Counted from the stretch's first letter, positions 38,908-48,152 are shown. The stretch: 64,000 nucleotides of DNA from Acidimicrobiia bacterium (GCA_041576165.1 JBFGLM010000005.1:64001-128000); one strand, 5' to 3'. Translations and numbers: made by a program. Notes: a model not told the origin generated them from the letters alone.

Positions 38908-41502
38908 GTGAAAGGCGGTGTGGAGACTCGTCTGGTCTACACCCTCAGCGTTGATCTGATCGAGTCAACGCTCGAGGGCATCGCCATGACTCAGCGCGAA
39001 CTGGACCGCTTCAATCGAGCGCTGGTGGCGCAGATCGAACCGCACCTCGACGCGCTGGGGTTCGAAGATCTACTCGCGAAGTTCACCGGAGACGGCTGGC
39101 TGCTCATGAGCCCGGAGCTGCACGACGCCGAACGCCTGTGCGCACTGGCTGCCATCATGAAGATCAGCTTTCATCGTGACATCGAGGAACGAACCGGACT
39201 GTCGCGGTCCCGGATCCCCGATTTGCGCATGGCGCTGTGCAGCGGCCGTGACATCCGCATTCACCTGTGGCAGGGCTCCTTTGACTGGGTGGGCGATAGT
39301 GCCCGGCGGGCCGCCCGCAGCGCTCAGTTTGCCTATCCGAACGAGGTGCTGATCGATGCTTCGGTCAATTCCCTCGTCATGCGCGACTTCGTGACCACCC
39401 AGATCGATCCGGGCGTGCGGCCTACTGCGCCCAAACGACTCGAGGAAGACATTCCGCTGTGGGCGCTGGGCGAGCTGCGGATCGAGGCGGCCGAGGACTG
39501 GGAAACCGCCGCGGCCTACGTGTACGCGCTCGGACAGGTGGGACGAACCGAAGACGCGGCCGCCGCCTCTTTACGCGCTGCGGACCGGCTGGAGTCCGAA
39601 GGCCTGCTCACCAACCCGGAGCCGGGTTCCACGATCGGGCGCTGGAACCGGCTGATCAGCACCGCTCCGACCTACGAGGCGGTACTCGACCTGTGGAGAC
39701 GGCTGGAAGAGTGCGGCGCCCGTCCCAACCTCGTCACCCTCAACACGCTGATCGAACGTTCCCCGTCCCATGACGAAATCGAGCGATGGACGGACACGCT
39801 GACTGAACGCGGGATCCGCCTCGACGCAACGACCTATCGATTGATGATCGGACGGGCGCCGGACTTCGACGCCGCGCTGAAGGTCTTGTCCGAGATGGAT
39901 TCGGCCGGGGTTGAGCCCGATGCGGAGATCCTCGAAGCGCTGGTTGTCCGGGCTCCGACCTACCGTGCCGCGGTCCGGCTCGTACGCATGATGCTCACCC
40001 GCGACGTGCGACCAACCGTCGAGATCTTCCGCCGGCTCGTCGCCAAGGCCCCCGGCTACGACGTGGCGATCGGGGTGCTGGACCTGATGGACCAGTGGCG
40101 GGTGGCGCCGGATGTTTCGATATTCAACCGACTCGTGCAGCGGGCTCCCTCCTACGACGATGCCGTGTCGTGGCTGGACACGATGGCCGGCCGCAGTGTC
40201 ATGCCCGACATCACCACCTTCAACACGCTCATTGCGCGGGCCGGGCGCTACGGCGCTGCGGTCGGCTGGCTGGACGACATGGAGGCGCGGGGGGTGCGCC
40301 CGGATGTCTCGACCTTCAACGTCTTGGTCTCCCGCGCCCCCGACTACGAAGTGGCGGTGGCGCTGCTGCGGCGCATGCCCGAGCGCGGAGTCCGCCCCAA
40401 CTCGGAAACGTACAAGACGCTGATCGGTCACGCTCCCCACTACGGGGCCGCAGTGGGCTGGCTCGACGAGATGCGCACGGAAGGCATCCGCCCCAACAAT
40501 GAGGTCTTCAAAGCCCTCATCGAAAAGGCACCCGATTACGACAGCGCCGTCCGGTGGCTCAACGACATGGGGCAGGCGGGAGTGGCTCCCAACACCGAGA
40601 CGTACCGCACGCTCATGTCCAAGGCTCCGGATCTCCTCGAAGCGCTGAACCTGCTGGACAACATGGCTGAGAACGGGGTGCAGGCCACGTCTGAGACGTT
40701 CAAGACCTTGGTTGGTTGCACGGGGTCAAGCGACGAGGCATTGGATGTGATCGCCAGGATGCCGGCGGCGGGTGTGAGAGCCACAGCCGAGATCTACCAG
40801 CCCCTCATAGCCGGGGCCGGATCGCTGCAAGAGGCGCGAGCCTGGCTGGATCACATGTATGCCAGCGGGGTGGAGCCCACGACGGAAACGCTGACCGCCG
40901 TTTTGCGGAAATCCTCGACGTACGACGAGGCGGAGGTCCTGCTCGACACGATGCGAACGAGTATCGAGCCCAACGAGGGCGCATACCGGGTGCTGGTCGA
41001 GTTGTCGCCGGACATGCTGACTGCGCAGGGGTGGGTGGAGGAGATGAGGGAAGAGGGCATGCGGCCCAGCGCCGCGATTCTCGAAGCGCTTCTGGGCAAG
41101 GATCCAGGAGACATCTCGGCCCAGGCGCTGCTGGATTGGTATCTCAGTCTCGACTATCACCCTGCCGGTCCTATGGCTGCTGCGATCGACTCCTATGTCG
41201 AGCGTGGCTCGGTCCAGGATGCGCTGCGGCTCACGCTCGACTATCCGCACCTGGAGGCCGCCCGGCAGGTGTTCGCCGATCACGGGGATGACGCGCTGGT
41301 GTACTTCAATGATGTGGTCAGCCGTGAACCGGGACACCCGAACGGTCGCTATGCCATGGGGCTGGCGCTGATCGAGGCGGGCAAGCCCCACGAAGCGCTG
41401 TCCCATCTCGAGGTCGCCATGGAACTCGCCCGGCCCGGGCCTCGGGTGGCGGCGCTCGACGAGATCATCCGCTCCATCCGCAGTCAGCTCGAAACACCGT
41501 GA
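38908..41502 (+). CDS. Class III nucleotidyl-cyclase-like domain + 15 PPR-like repeats (32 aa) + C-terminal TPR
   Basis: AGGAG then GTG at 38908; cyclase motifs SVDLIEST, KFTGDG, LRMALCSG, DWVGDSARRAAR, EVLID; repeats such as PD-ITTFNTLIARAGRYGAAVGWLDDMEARGVR; TPR-like YAMGLALIEAGKPHEALSHLEVAMEL. Confidence 0.8.
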   Translation: MKGGVETRLVYTLSVDLIESTLEGIAMTQRELDRFNRALVAQIEPHLDALGFEDLLAKFTGDGWLLMSPELHDAERLCALAAIMKISFHRDIEERTGLSRSRIPDLRMALCSGRDIRIHLWQGSFDWVGDSARRAARSAQFAYPNEVLIDASVNSLVMRDFVTTQIDPGVRPTAPKRLEEDIPLWALGELRIEAAEDWETAAAYVYALGQVGRTEDAAAASLRAADRLESEGLLTNPEPGSTIGRWNRLISTAPTYEAVLDLWRRLEECGARPNLVTLNTLIERSPSHDEIERWTDTLTERGIRLDATTYRLMIGRAPDFDAALKVLSEMDSAGVEPDAEILEALVVRAPTYRAAVRLVRMMLTRDVRPTVEIFRRLVAKAPGYDVAIGVLDLMDQWRVAPDVSIFNRLVQRAPSYDDAVSWLDTMAGRSVMPDITTFNTLIARAGRYGAAVGWLDDMEARGVRPDVSTFNVLVSRAPDYEVAVALLRRMPERGVRPNSETYKTLIGHAPHYGAAVGWLDEMRTEGIRPNNEVFKALIEKAPDYDSAVRWLNDMGQAGVAPNTETYRTLMSKAPDLLEALNLLDNMAENGVQATSETFKTLVGCTGSSDEALDVIARMPAAGVRATAEIYQPLIAGAGSLQEARAWLDHMYASGVEPTTETLTAVLRKSSTYDEAEVLLDTMRTSIEPNEGAYRVLVELSPDMLTAQGWVEEMREEGMRPSAAILEALLGKDPGDISAQALLDWYLSLDYHPAGPMAAAIDSYVERGSVQDALRLTLDYPHLEAARQVFADHGDDALVYFNDVVSREPGHPNGRYAMGLALIEAGKPHEALSHLEVAMELARPGPRVAALDEIIRSIRSQLETP
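39634..41070 (+). repeat. Array of 15 PPR-like repeats (96-nt/32-aa period; unit 14 is 31 aa)
   Basis: Manual alignment from IGRWNRLI to GMRPS; consensus xxT(F/Y)NxL(I/V)xxAPxYxxAxxWLxxMxxxG(V/I)xP(D/N/T). Confidence 0.85.
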
Positions 41503-41573
41503 TGGCGGCACCCGGCCGGGACCGATCCCCCGACCTGGCAGAACCCTCGGCGGGCGCGGAGGGTGAGCACGGC

Positions 41574-42452
41574 ATGAGGGTGGGGGTCCAGGTGCCTGAG
41601 GTCGAACGCTTCGTCCCGTGGTCCGAGTACGCGCACATCGCACACGCAGCCGAGCGGGGCGGCCTGGATTCGCTGTGGGTGGGAGACCATTTGCTCTACG
41701 ACTTGCCGGACGGCACGACTCGGGGGCCGTGGGAGTGCTGGACGCTGCTCGCCGGCCTGGCGGCGGTGACGCAACGGGTCACGCTGGCCCCGCTGGTGGC
41801 CTCCACAAGCTTCCACGCACCCGCCATGCTGGCCAAGCTCGCTAGCACCGTCGACGCGATCTCCGGCGGGCGGCTCGTCTTGGGCCTCGGAGCGGGATGG
41901 AACGAGCGGGAGTACCAGGCGTACGGTTTCCCGTTTGACCGCCGGGTCAGTCGCTTCGAGGAGGCGTTCATGATCATCCACACCCTCGTGCGGGAGGGTC
42001 GAATCGATTTCGAGGGGGAGTTCTACAGGTTGCAGAACATGGTCCTGGACCCTCCCGCTCGGGCGGACATGCCAATCCTCGTGGGGTCGACGGGTCCCCG
42101 CATGCTCGCCATCACCGCCCCGTTCATGGATATGTGGAACACGTGGTACGCCGACTTCAACAACGATCCTGCGCGGTTGGGGGAACGCCTCGCCCTGGTG
42201 GACGAAGCCGCCATCGCGGCCGGTCGAGACCCGGCCGAGATCGAACGCACCGCGGCATTGTTGTTGCAGCTGGGTGACGCCCCGACTCGCCGGAACAGTC
42301 AGAACCCCATCACGGATCTGGACCGGCTGCCGGCAGCGCTCGACGCCCTGGCGGAGGCGGGGATTTCACACGCCCAGCTGGTGCTCGACCCGATCACGGC
42401 CGAGACTGTTGCCACTGCCGCCCAACTCGTCGAGGCGTGGCGTTCCGGTTGA
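41574..42452 (+). CDS. LLM class (luciferase-like) flavin/F420-dependent oxidoreductase
   Basis: DSLWVGDH, ECWTLLAGLAAVT, LAKLASTVDAISGGRLVLGLGAGW, GPRML. Confidence 0.88.
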   Translation: MRVGVQVPEVERFVPWSEYAHIAHAAERGGLDSLWVGDHLLYDLPDGTTRGPWECWTLLAGLAAVTQRVTLAPLVASTSFHAPAMLAKLASTVDAISGGRLVLGLGAGWNEREYQAYGFPFDRRVSRFEEAFMIIHTLVREGRIDFEGEFYRLQNMVLDPPARADMPILVGSTGPRMLAITAPFMDMWNTWYADFNNDPARLGERLALVDEAAIAAGRDPAEIERTAALLLQLGDAPTRRNSQNPITDLDRLPAALDALAEAGISHAQLVLDPITAETVATAAQLVEAWRSG

Positions 42453-42508
42453 ACTCCCGGTCCGGCCCGCTGACGCCCGTGTCGTGCCCACCCGCTAGCG
42501 TCCTCGCC

Positions 42509-43405
42509 GTGGAGAAGAGCCGCACATTGCTGCCGCATCGCCCGCTGGACCTACGTCGCACGTTTCACGTGACTGGTCTGAAGGGCCCGAACCAGCGCGT
42601 GGCCGATGGGGGGCTGTGGCGGGCCAGCCGCACCCCGGAAGGTCCGGGCACGATCCGGCTTTCGATAACGGCGGCCGGCGAGCTGGAAGCCACTGCGTGG
42701 GGACGGGGCAGTGAATGGCTACTCGAGCGGCTGCCCGCCATCGTCGGCGAAACCGACGATCTGGCCGGGTTCCGGGCACGTGACGACGTTGTGCGCGGCC
42801 TTCTTCGGCAAGCCCGGGGGCTGCGGCTCCCGGCTGTCGGCGCCATGGTCGAGGTGCTGATCCCGATCATCCTCGCGCAGAAGGTCACCGGGGTTGCGGC
42901 CGGTCGCAGTTACCGCAGGCTGATGGCCCGCTTCGGTGAGTCGGCACCTGGGCCGGCCGGGCTGCGTCTCTCCCCGGACCCAGCGGTGCTCGGCGCCCTG
43001 CCCTACTACGACCTGCACCCCATGGGGATCGAAAAACGGAAGGCAGACGTGATCGGCCGGGTGTGCCGGGAGGCTGTCAGGCTGCAGGCTGCGGTGAACA
43101 TGGATCGGACCACGGCGTACGCGGCGCTGCAGGCCATCCGTGGAATCGGCCCCTGGTCGTCCGCGCGCGCGATGATGGTCGTGGCGGGTGACCCGGACGC
43201 AGTGCCGGTCGGTGATTACCACATTCCCAACTCCGTCACATGGGCGCTGGCCAACGAACCGCGGGGGACCGACGAGCGGATGCTCGAGTTGCTCGAACCA
43301 TATGCCGGGCAACGAGGCAGGGTGGTCAGGATGATCGAGGCCTACGCCGGACAGGCGCCGGCATACGGTCCGAAGCTGGCGCCCCGGGCGTTCGGGACGC
43401 AGTAG
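42509..43405 (+). CDS. HhH-GPD DNA-3-methyladenine glycosylase II-like protein
   Basis: WRASRTPEGP, ILAQKVTG, LQAIRGIGPWS, GDPDAVPVGDYHIP. Confidence 0.82.
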   Translation: MEKSRTLLPHRPLDLRRTFHVTGLKGPNQRVADGGLWRASRTPEGPGTIRLSITAAGELEATAWGRGSEWLLERLPAIVGETDDLAGFRARDDVVRGLLRQARGLRLPAVGAMVEVLIPIILAQKVTGVAAGRSYRRLMARFGESAPGPAGLRLSPDPAVLGALPYYDLHPMGIEKRKADVIGRVCREAVRLQAAVNMDRTTAYAALQAIRGIGPWSSARAMMVVAGDPDAVPVGDYHIPNSVTWALANEPRGTDERMLELLEPYAGQRGRVVRMIEAYAGQAPAYGPKLAPRAFGTQ

Positions 43406-43428
43406 CAGGAGCCGGCGGCCGGCGGCTC

Positions 43429-44424
43429 TCAGCCGGCGTCTGCAGCAGCCTTGCGCAGTTCCGGTAAAACCTCGACTTCCATCATGTTCATCAGCTCGTC
43501 GACCCGGGTGGTGGCTACCTGGATCGAGATGTAGTCGGCGCCGATCTCGTTCACCAACGGCAGGTAGGCGTCGATGAGGCCCGCCACGTCCCCGACGATG
43601 GTGTAGCGGTCCAGTATGTCGGAGCGTTCCATCTCATCGGCCCGCTGGCGCAGCACCATCGGGTCGACCGCTTCCAGCCGGCCCGGCGCCCGTAGTCCCC
43701 GCATCGAGCCGAGGGCCCGCCAGGCATCATCGGCGTCGGCCGCGAACACCGTCCAGCGGGTGGCCAGAATCCGGCCCGCGTTGCCGTGCTTCTCGGATGA
43801 CTCCCGAAAAGGTCCAATCACCCGCTCGATGGTCTCCGACGGGTTTTTCACCGACGTGATCAGACCGTCCGCCCGCCGGCCGGCGAAAGTTGCCGACTGG
43901 GGACCCCCGGCTGCCATCAGGATCGGCAGCTTCTCGGTCAGCGGAGGACTGTACAGCTGGGCCTTGTCGGTGGTGTACCAGTCACCTGCGAAATCGAGCT
44001 TCTCTCCGGCGAGGAGGCGATGCATGATCTCGAGGGCCTCGCGCATCCTGCCGATGCGTTCCTTGTAGTCGCCGAACTCGAATCCGAGCGGGCCCTCGTT
44101 GATGTTCTCGCCGGTACCCACTCCCAGGATGAAACGCCCGCCGCTGAGCCGGTCGACCGTGGCGGCCGCCTGGGCGATGAGCGCAGGGTGATAGTGATAC
44201 AGCGGGCACGTGACCGACGTCGCAAGTTCCAGGTCGGTCCGCGCGGCGACGGAACCCAGCCAGCTCCACACGAAGCCTGATGCCGACTCATCATCGACCC
44301 AGGGGTGGAAATGATCCGAACCCAGCACCAGGTCGAACCCTGCCTCCTCAGCCCGAACCGCCTGGTCGACCAGGACCTCCGGTTGGAAGGATTCATGCGA
44401 ACAGAGCCAGCCGAACTTCACCAT
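43429..44424 (-). CDS. F420-dependent LLM oxidoreductase, G6PDH-like family
   Basis: SHE.F.P, SDHFHPW, WSWLG, SVTCP..YHPALIAQAAAT, GVGTGENINE, AAGGP. Confidence 0.85.
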   Translation of the reverse strand: MVKFGWLCSHESFQPEVLVDQAVRAEEAGFDLVLGSDHFHPWVDDESASGFVWSWLGSVAARTDLELATSVTCPLYHYHPALIAQAAATVDRLSGGRFILGVGTGENINEGPLGFEFGDYKERIGRMREALEIMHRLLAGEKLDFAGDWYTTDKAQLYSPPLTEKLPILMAAGGPQSATFAGRRADGLITSVKNPSETIERVIGPFRESSEKHGNAGRILATRWTVFAADADDAWRALGSMRGLRAPGRLEAVDPMVLRQRADEMERSDILDRYTIVGDVAGLIDAYLPLVNEIGADYISIQVATTRVDELMNMMEVEVLPELRKAAADAG

Positions 44425-44505
44425 GGAACCAATCCCTTCAAAACGTGAGCCGATCCTATCGGTGCGCCCGGTGGCGCGGAAACGCCCGCCTCGGCGACTG
44501 GGGAC

Positions 44506-45507
44506 TCAGCCCCCTGCCAGTTCCCAAACGTGATGGGCGATGGCGTCAGCGGTGGGCCGGCCATTCTCGGCCATGTCGACAATCGAGAAATGTCCGACCC
44601 CATCGAGCTCACGGTATTTCACGGAGTAGCCGCCGGAGTCGAGTGCGGCCGCGAACTGGACTGAGAACTCCGGGTCCACAACCGGGTCGCGCCCCCCGTG
44701 CAGCATCAGCACGGACACGTCGGGATTCCGTCCCAGGTACGTGTACGGATTGCCCGTTGCCCACGCCTCCGGGATCTCGGTACGCAACCCTCCGAATTGG
44801 AGCGCAAGGAACGGGAATTGGTCTGAATCGTACGGTCCCGAGATGCCCACGAAGCCGGCGACTGGAGAGGGCTCCTCGATGCATTCAGCACTGAATTCCT
44901 CAGGGGCGAGCGCTACCACCGCCCCGATGTGGGCGCCGGCCGAGAATCCAACAAGGGTCGTGGGCGGACCGCCCCCGTAGTCGGCGGAACGGGTCTCGGC
45001 GAAAGCGAGGGCACAGGCCACCTCTTGGAACATCTGCGGAAAGGCGCCATCCCGCTCCAGGGGCCGGTACTCGACGTTGAATACCACCACCCCGTGACGG
45101 GCCAGCGTACGGGCCAGACCGGCCAGATCCTCCTTACGGCCCGAAACCCAGCCGCCCCCGTGGATCGTGATCGCCACCGGCCAGGGCCCCGGATCCGCCG
45201 GGAAGAACACGTCCGCCGGCAGACCCCCGGGGACCGCCACATCGTGGTCCTCCCGGATCGCGAGGTCGTCGGGAGTGTGACGCGGAATGGGTGCGGTCGT
45301 GGGCGGGGCGGGAGCCCGGGTGATCGAGGTGGTCGCGTTGCCGGCGGGCGCGAAGGTGGCGACCGTCGAACTCGCCGTGCTCGCAGGCGGAAACCTGTCG
45401 ACCGCCGGGCTCTCGCCTGCTGCTGCGTCCCCATCTGCGGCCGGCGCAGTTTCGCAGGCTGCCAGCAGCGTCACCAGAATCACGAGACCCGTCAGCGCGC
45501 GTTTCAT
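44506..45507 (-). CDS. Lipoprotein alpha/beta hydrolase (HSL-type esterase)
   Basis: Lipobox LAAC; IHGGGW, GFSAGAH, HGGRD, GVGH. Confidence 0.85.
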   Translation of the reverse strand: MKRALTGLVILVTLLAACETAPAADGDAAAGESPAVDRFPPASTASSTVATFAPAGNATTSITRAPAPPTTAPIPRHTPDDLAIREDHDVAVPGGLPADVFFPADPGPWPVAITIHGGGWVSGRKEDLAGLARTLARHGVVVFNVEYRPLERDGAFPQMFQEVACALAFAETRSADYGGGPPTTLVGFSAGAHIGAVVALAPEEFSAECIEEPSPVAGFVGISGPYDSDQFPFLALQFGGLRTEIPEAWATGNPYTYLGRNPDVSVLMLHGGRDPVVDPEFSVQFAAALDSGGYSVKYRELDGVGHFSIVDMAENGRPTADAIAHHVWELAGG

Positions 45508-46361
45508 GCGCCCGACAACCGCTCCAGCAGGAGGTGCGTGGCCCAGTTGGCGCCCTCCCCCCATTCGGCCACGACGACCCGCACCTGATCTTCGTCGAGG
45601 AGGTCATCTTGCTCCGCGACATACCGGCTGATGGCCTTGCGGACGCCGAGATCGCCGGCCGCAATCACATGACCGCGACCCAGACACCGGGCCAGGAGCC
45701 AGTCGGCGCTCCAGCGACCGATACCTCGAATCGCGGTGACGTGGTCCATCACGGCTGCATCGCTCATGTTTTCCAACCCGGCGAGGTGGCCGTCCGCCGC
45801 CGCCTGGGCGAGGCCGACGATGTACTCGGCCTTGCGCATGGTGAACTGCATGTCTCGCAGCGCGGCCGGGTCGACCGGTGCCAGCATCTCGGGGGACGGG
45901 AACCGCCAGACCGTCTGCCCGTCGATGTGATGCGCCGAACCGAATCGTCCGACGAGGCGCCGTCGAGTGGTAGTCGCCCACGTCAGATTCACCTGTTGAG
46001 CCGTGATCGCGGTGACCAGCGCTTCGAAGGGGTCGGCGACCAGCGGAGGTCGGTAACCGGCGAGGCGCCGTGACTGCTCGGCCACCGGCGGCACGGCCAG
46101 TGCAGCCGGAGTGGGCCGGGGAAGCGCTTCGGCTAGGCGGTGCGACAGATCGGCATTGGCCCGGCCCGGGTCTCCCAATACGTGCAGCTCGACCGCGTAC
46201 GCGTCGAGCTGGCGTGCCCGGTAGACGGTGCCATCGGGTGTGACCCGGTGGTAGCACCCGTCTGTCACCGTGTTGACCGGATCGTCCCCCCACCGGGTGT
46301 ATCGGGCGATACACGCTCGGAGATCGAGCGGCCGGTCGGTTATCCAGGTGGTGCGCTCCAT
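45504..46361 (-). CDS. DNA-3-methyladenine glycosylase (AlkA-like)
   Basis: PFEALVTAITAQQV, RFPSPE, RKAEYI, IRGIGRWSA, AGDLGVRKA. Confidence 0.85.
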   Translation of the reverse strand: MERTTWITDRPLDLRACIARYTRWGDDPVNTVTDGCYHRVTPDGTVYRARQLDAYAVELHVLGDPGRANADLSHRLAEALPRPTPAALAVPPVAEQSRRLAGYRPPLVADPFEALVTAITAQQVNLTWATTTRRRLVGRFGSAHHIDGQTVWRFPSPEMLAPVDPAALRDMQFTMRKAEYIVGLAQAAADGHLAGLENMSDAAVMDHVTAIRGIGRWSADWLLARCLGRGHVIAAGDLGVRKAISRYVAEQDDLLDEDQVRVVVAEWGEGANWATHLLLERLSGA

Positions 46362-46466
46362 GGCCGCGGAGAGTGTATGCGGCCCGTGGACGTAGCCGGA
46401 TCGCCCCCGGTGCCGGGCCGTGGGCCGTTTCAAGATTTCGGCCTAACCCGTCGATAACCACTGGGA

Positions 46467-48143
46467 GTGACGGGCGAACGCAAGGAGTGTCGTTTGAGTC
46501 TGGTTTCCCGTGGCCGCTGGATCCTGATCCTGGCGGCCGTCGCCGTGTCCGCCGCCCTTTTGCCGCGCTCGCAGTCAGCGGCGGGTGACGTCGACCCGGT
46601 GTCGGTGATCGTGCAAGTCGAGCCCGGGGACCTCGATCGGGTCCGCGCGGCAGTGATGGGAATCGGAGGTCGGGTGACCATCGATCTGCCGATCATCAAC
46701 GGGTTTGCCGCCTCCTTGCCGGCGACCGCCCGCGCCTGGCTGTCAGACCTGCCCGGGGTCAGCCGGGTCACCGAGGATTCCACTGTCTTTCTGCACGGCC
46801 GTCGGACAGACCACGACGTGGAGGGGCCACCGATCTCCACCCTCACCACGACCGTACTGGATGTCGACCGGCTATGGCGGCGAGGTGTGACCGGCGACGG
46901 TGTCGGCGTTGCCCTGATCGATTCAGGCGTCGCCCCGGTAGGTGGTCTCGACGCCGACGGCAAGATCGTCAACGGGCCCGACCTCTCCTTCGACTCGCAG
47001 TTCGAGAACCTGCGCTATCTGGACATCTACGGGCACGGCACCCATCTGGCCGGGATTATCGCCGGCGCCGATCCGGCGGTCGGGCCGCAACCGGATTCCG
47101 CCGTGGTCCGGGAGCATTTCGCTGGGATCGCCCCAGGCGCTCACATCGTCAACGTCAAGGTGGCAGACGGACTTGGCACCGCCGACGTGTCCCAGGTGAT
47201 AGCCGGCATCCAGTGGGTTGTGGCGCACAAAGACGACCCCGAAGCGAATATCGAGATCCTGACCCTGGCTTTTGGGACCGACGGCGTTCAGGACTACCGG
47301 ATCGATCCGCTGGCATATGCGATTGAGCGAGCCTGGCATTCCGGTCTCGTTGTTGTCGCTGCCGCCGGCAATGACGGCAACGGACACGCCTTGCGCAACC
47401 CCGCCTCCGATCCATATGTCATCGCCGTCGGGGCGGCTGATTACGGAGATCCAAAGCGTCGTCACGACGACGTAGTCCTCGACTTCTCCAACTGTGGGCT
47501 GGGTGACCGCAGGGTCGACGTGATTGCCCCCGGGCGCTCGGTTTCCTCGCTGCGCGTTCCCAACTCTTACATCGATTCGACATACCCGGACGCAGCGGAC
47601 GGGGAGCGATTCTTCCGGGGGACGGGCACTTCTCAGGCCGCCGCGGTCACGGCTGGGGTTGTTGCTCTCATGCTCGATGCCCGGCCCGAGCTGACGCCGG
47701 ATCAAGTCAAGGCTTTGCTGGTGGGTACCGCCGATCGGATTCGGAGCGCCGAGGGTGCCTGCGCCGGTCGGGGCATGATCGATGCCCGGCAGGCGGCGAC
47801 CAGGATAGCTCCGCGCGACGCCGGCCAGAGTTGGGCCGTCGCGGATGGCAGCGGTTCGCTCGAGGCGGCACGTGGGTCGTACCACGTGTACCAGAACGGT
47901 GTGCCGTTGATCGGCGAGGTCGACGTCACGGGCACTCTCTGGTCGGGTGGCACGTGGTCGGGTGGTACGTGGTCGGGTGGTACGTGGTCGGGTGGTACGT
48001 GGTCGGGTGGTACGTGGTCGGGTGGCACGTGGTCGGGTGGTACGTGGTCGGGTGGCACGTGGTCGGGTGGCACGTGGTCGGGCGGTACCTGGTCGGGCGG
48101 TACCTGGTCGGGCGGTACCTGGTCGGTGAGCGACTGGGATTGA
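46467..48143 (+). CDS. Secreted S8 (subtilisin-like) serine peptidase with C-terminal WSGGT repeats
   Basis: Signal peptide and prodomain; triad IDSG / YGHGTH / GTSQAA; AAGN; tail (WSGGT)12-WSVSDWD; start may be slightly downstream. Confidence 0.9.
   Translation: MTGERKECRLSLVSRGRWILILAAVAVSAALLPRSQSAAGDVDPVSVIVQVEPGDLDRVRAAVMGIGGRVTIDLPIINGFAASLPATARAWLSDLPGVSRVTEDSTVFLHGRRTDHDVEGPPISTLTTTVLDVDRLWRRGVTGDGVGVALIDSGVAPVGGLDADGKIVNGPDLSFDSQFENLRYLDIYGHGTHLAGIIAGADPAVGPQPDSAVVREHFAGIAPGAHIVNVKVADGLGTADVSQVIAGIQWVVAHKDDPEANIEILTLAFGTDGVQDYRIDPLAYAIERAWHSGLVVVAAAGNDGNGHALRNPASDPYVIAVGAADYGDPKRRHDDVVLDFSNCGLGDRRVDVIAPGRSVSSLRVPNSYIDSTYPDAADGERFFRGTGTSQAAAVTAGVVALMLDARPELTPDQVKALLVGTADRIRSAEGACAGRGMIDARQAATRIAPRDAGQSWAVADGSGSLEAARGSYHVYQNGVPLIGEVDVTGTLWSGGTWSGGTWSGGTWSGGTWSGGTWSGGTWSGGTWSGGTWSGGTWSGGTWSGGTWSGGTWSVSDWD
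47940..48119 (+). repeat. 12 x 15-nt tandem repeat encoding WSGGT
   Basis: Units TGGTCGGG(T/C)GG(C/T)AC(G/C); differences between units are synonymous only. Confidence 0.95.
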
Positions 48144-48152
48144 TGAGGCGTC

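Noticed and set aside
39634-41070. Repeats as TALE, ankyrin or plain TPR
   Set aside because: The 32-aa period and the TFN.LI / M...GV.PD signature fit PPR; no LTPxQVVAIAS (TALE) or TPLH (ankyrin) motifs
47940-48119. Tandem repeats as a CRISPR array
   Set aside because: 15-nt head-to-tail units with no spacers, in frame within a CDS, and no cas genes
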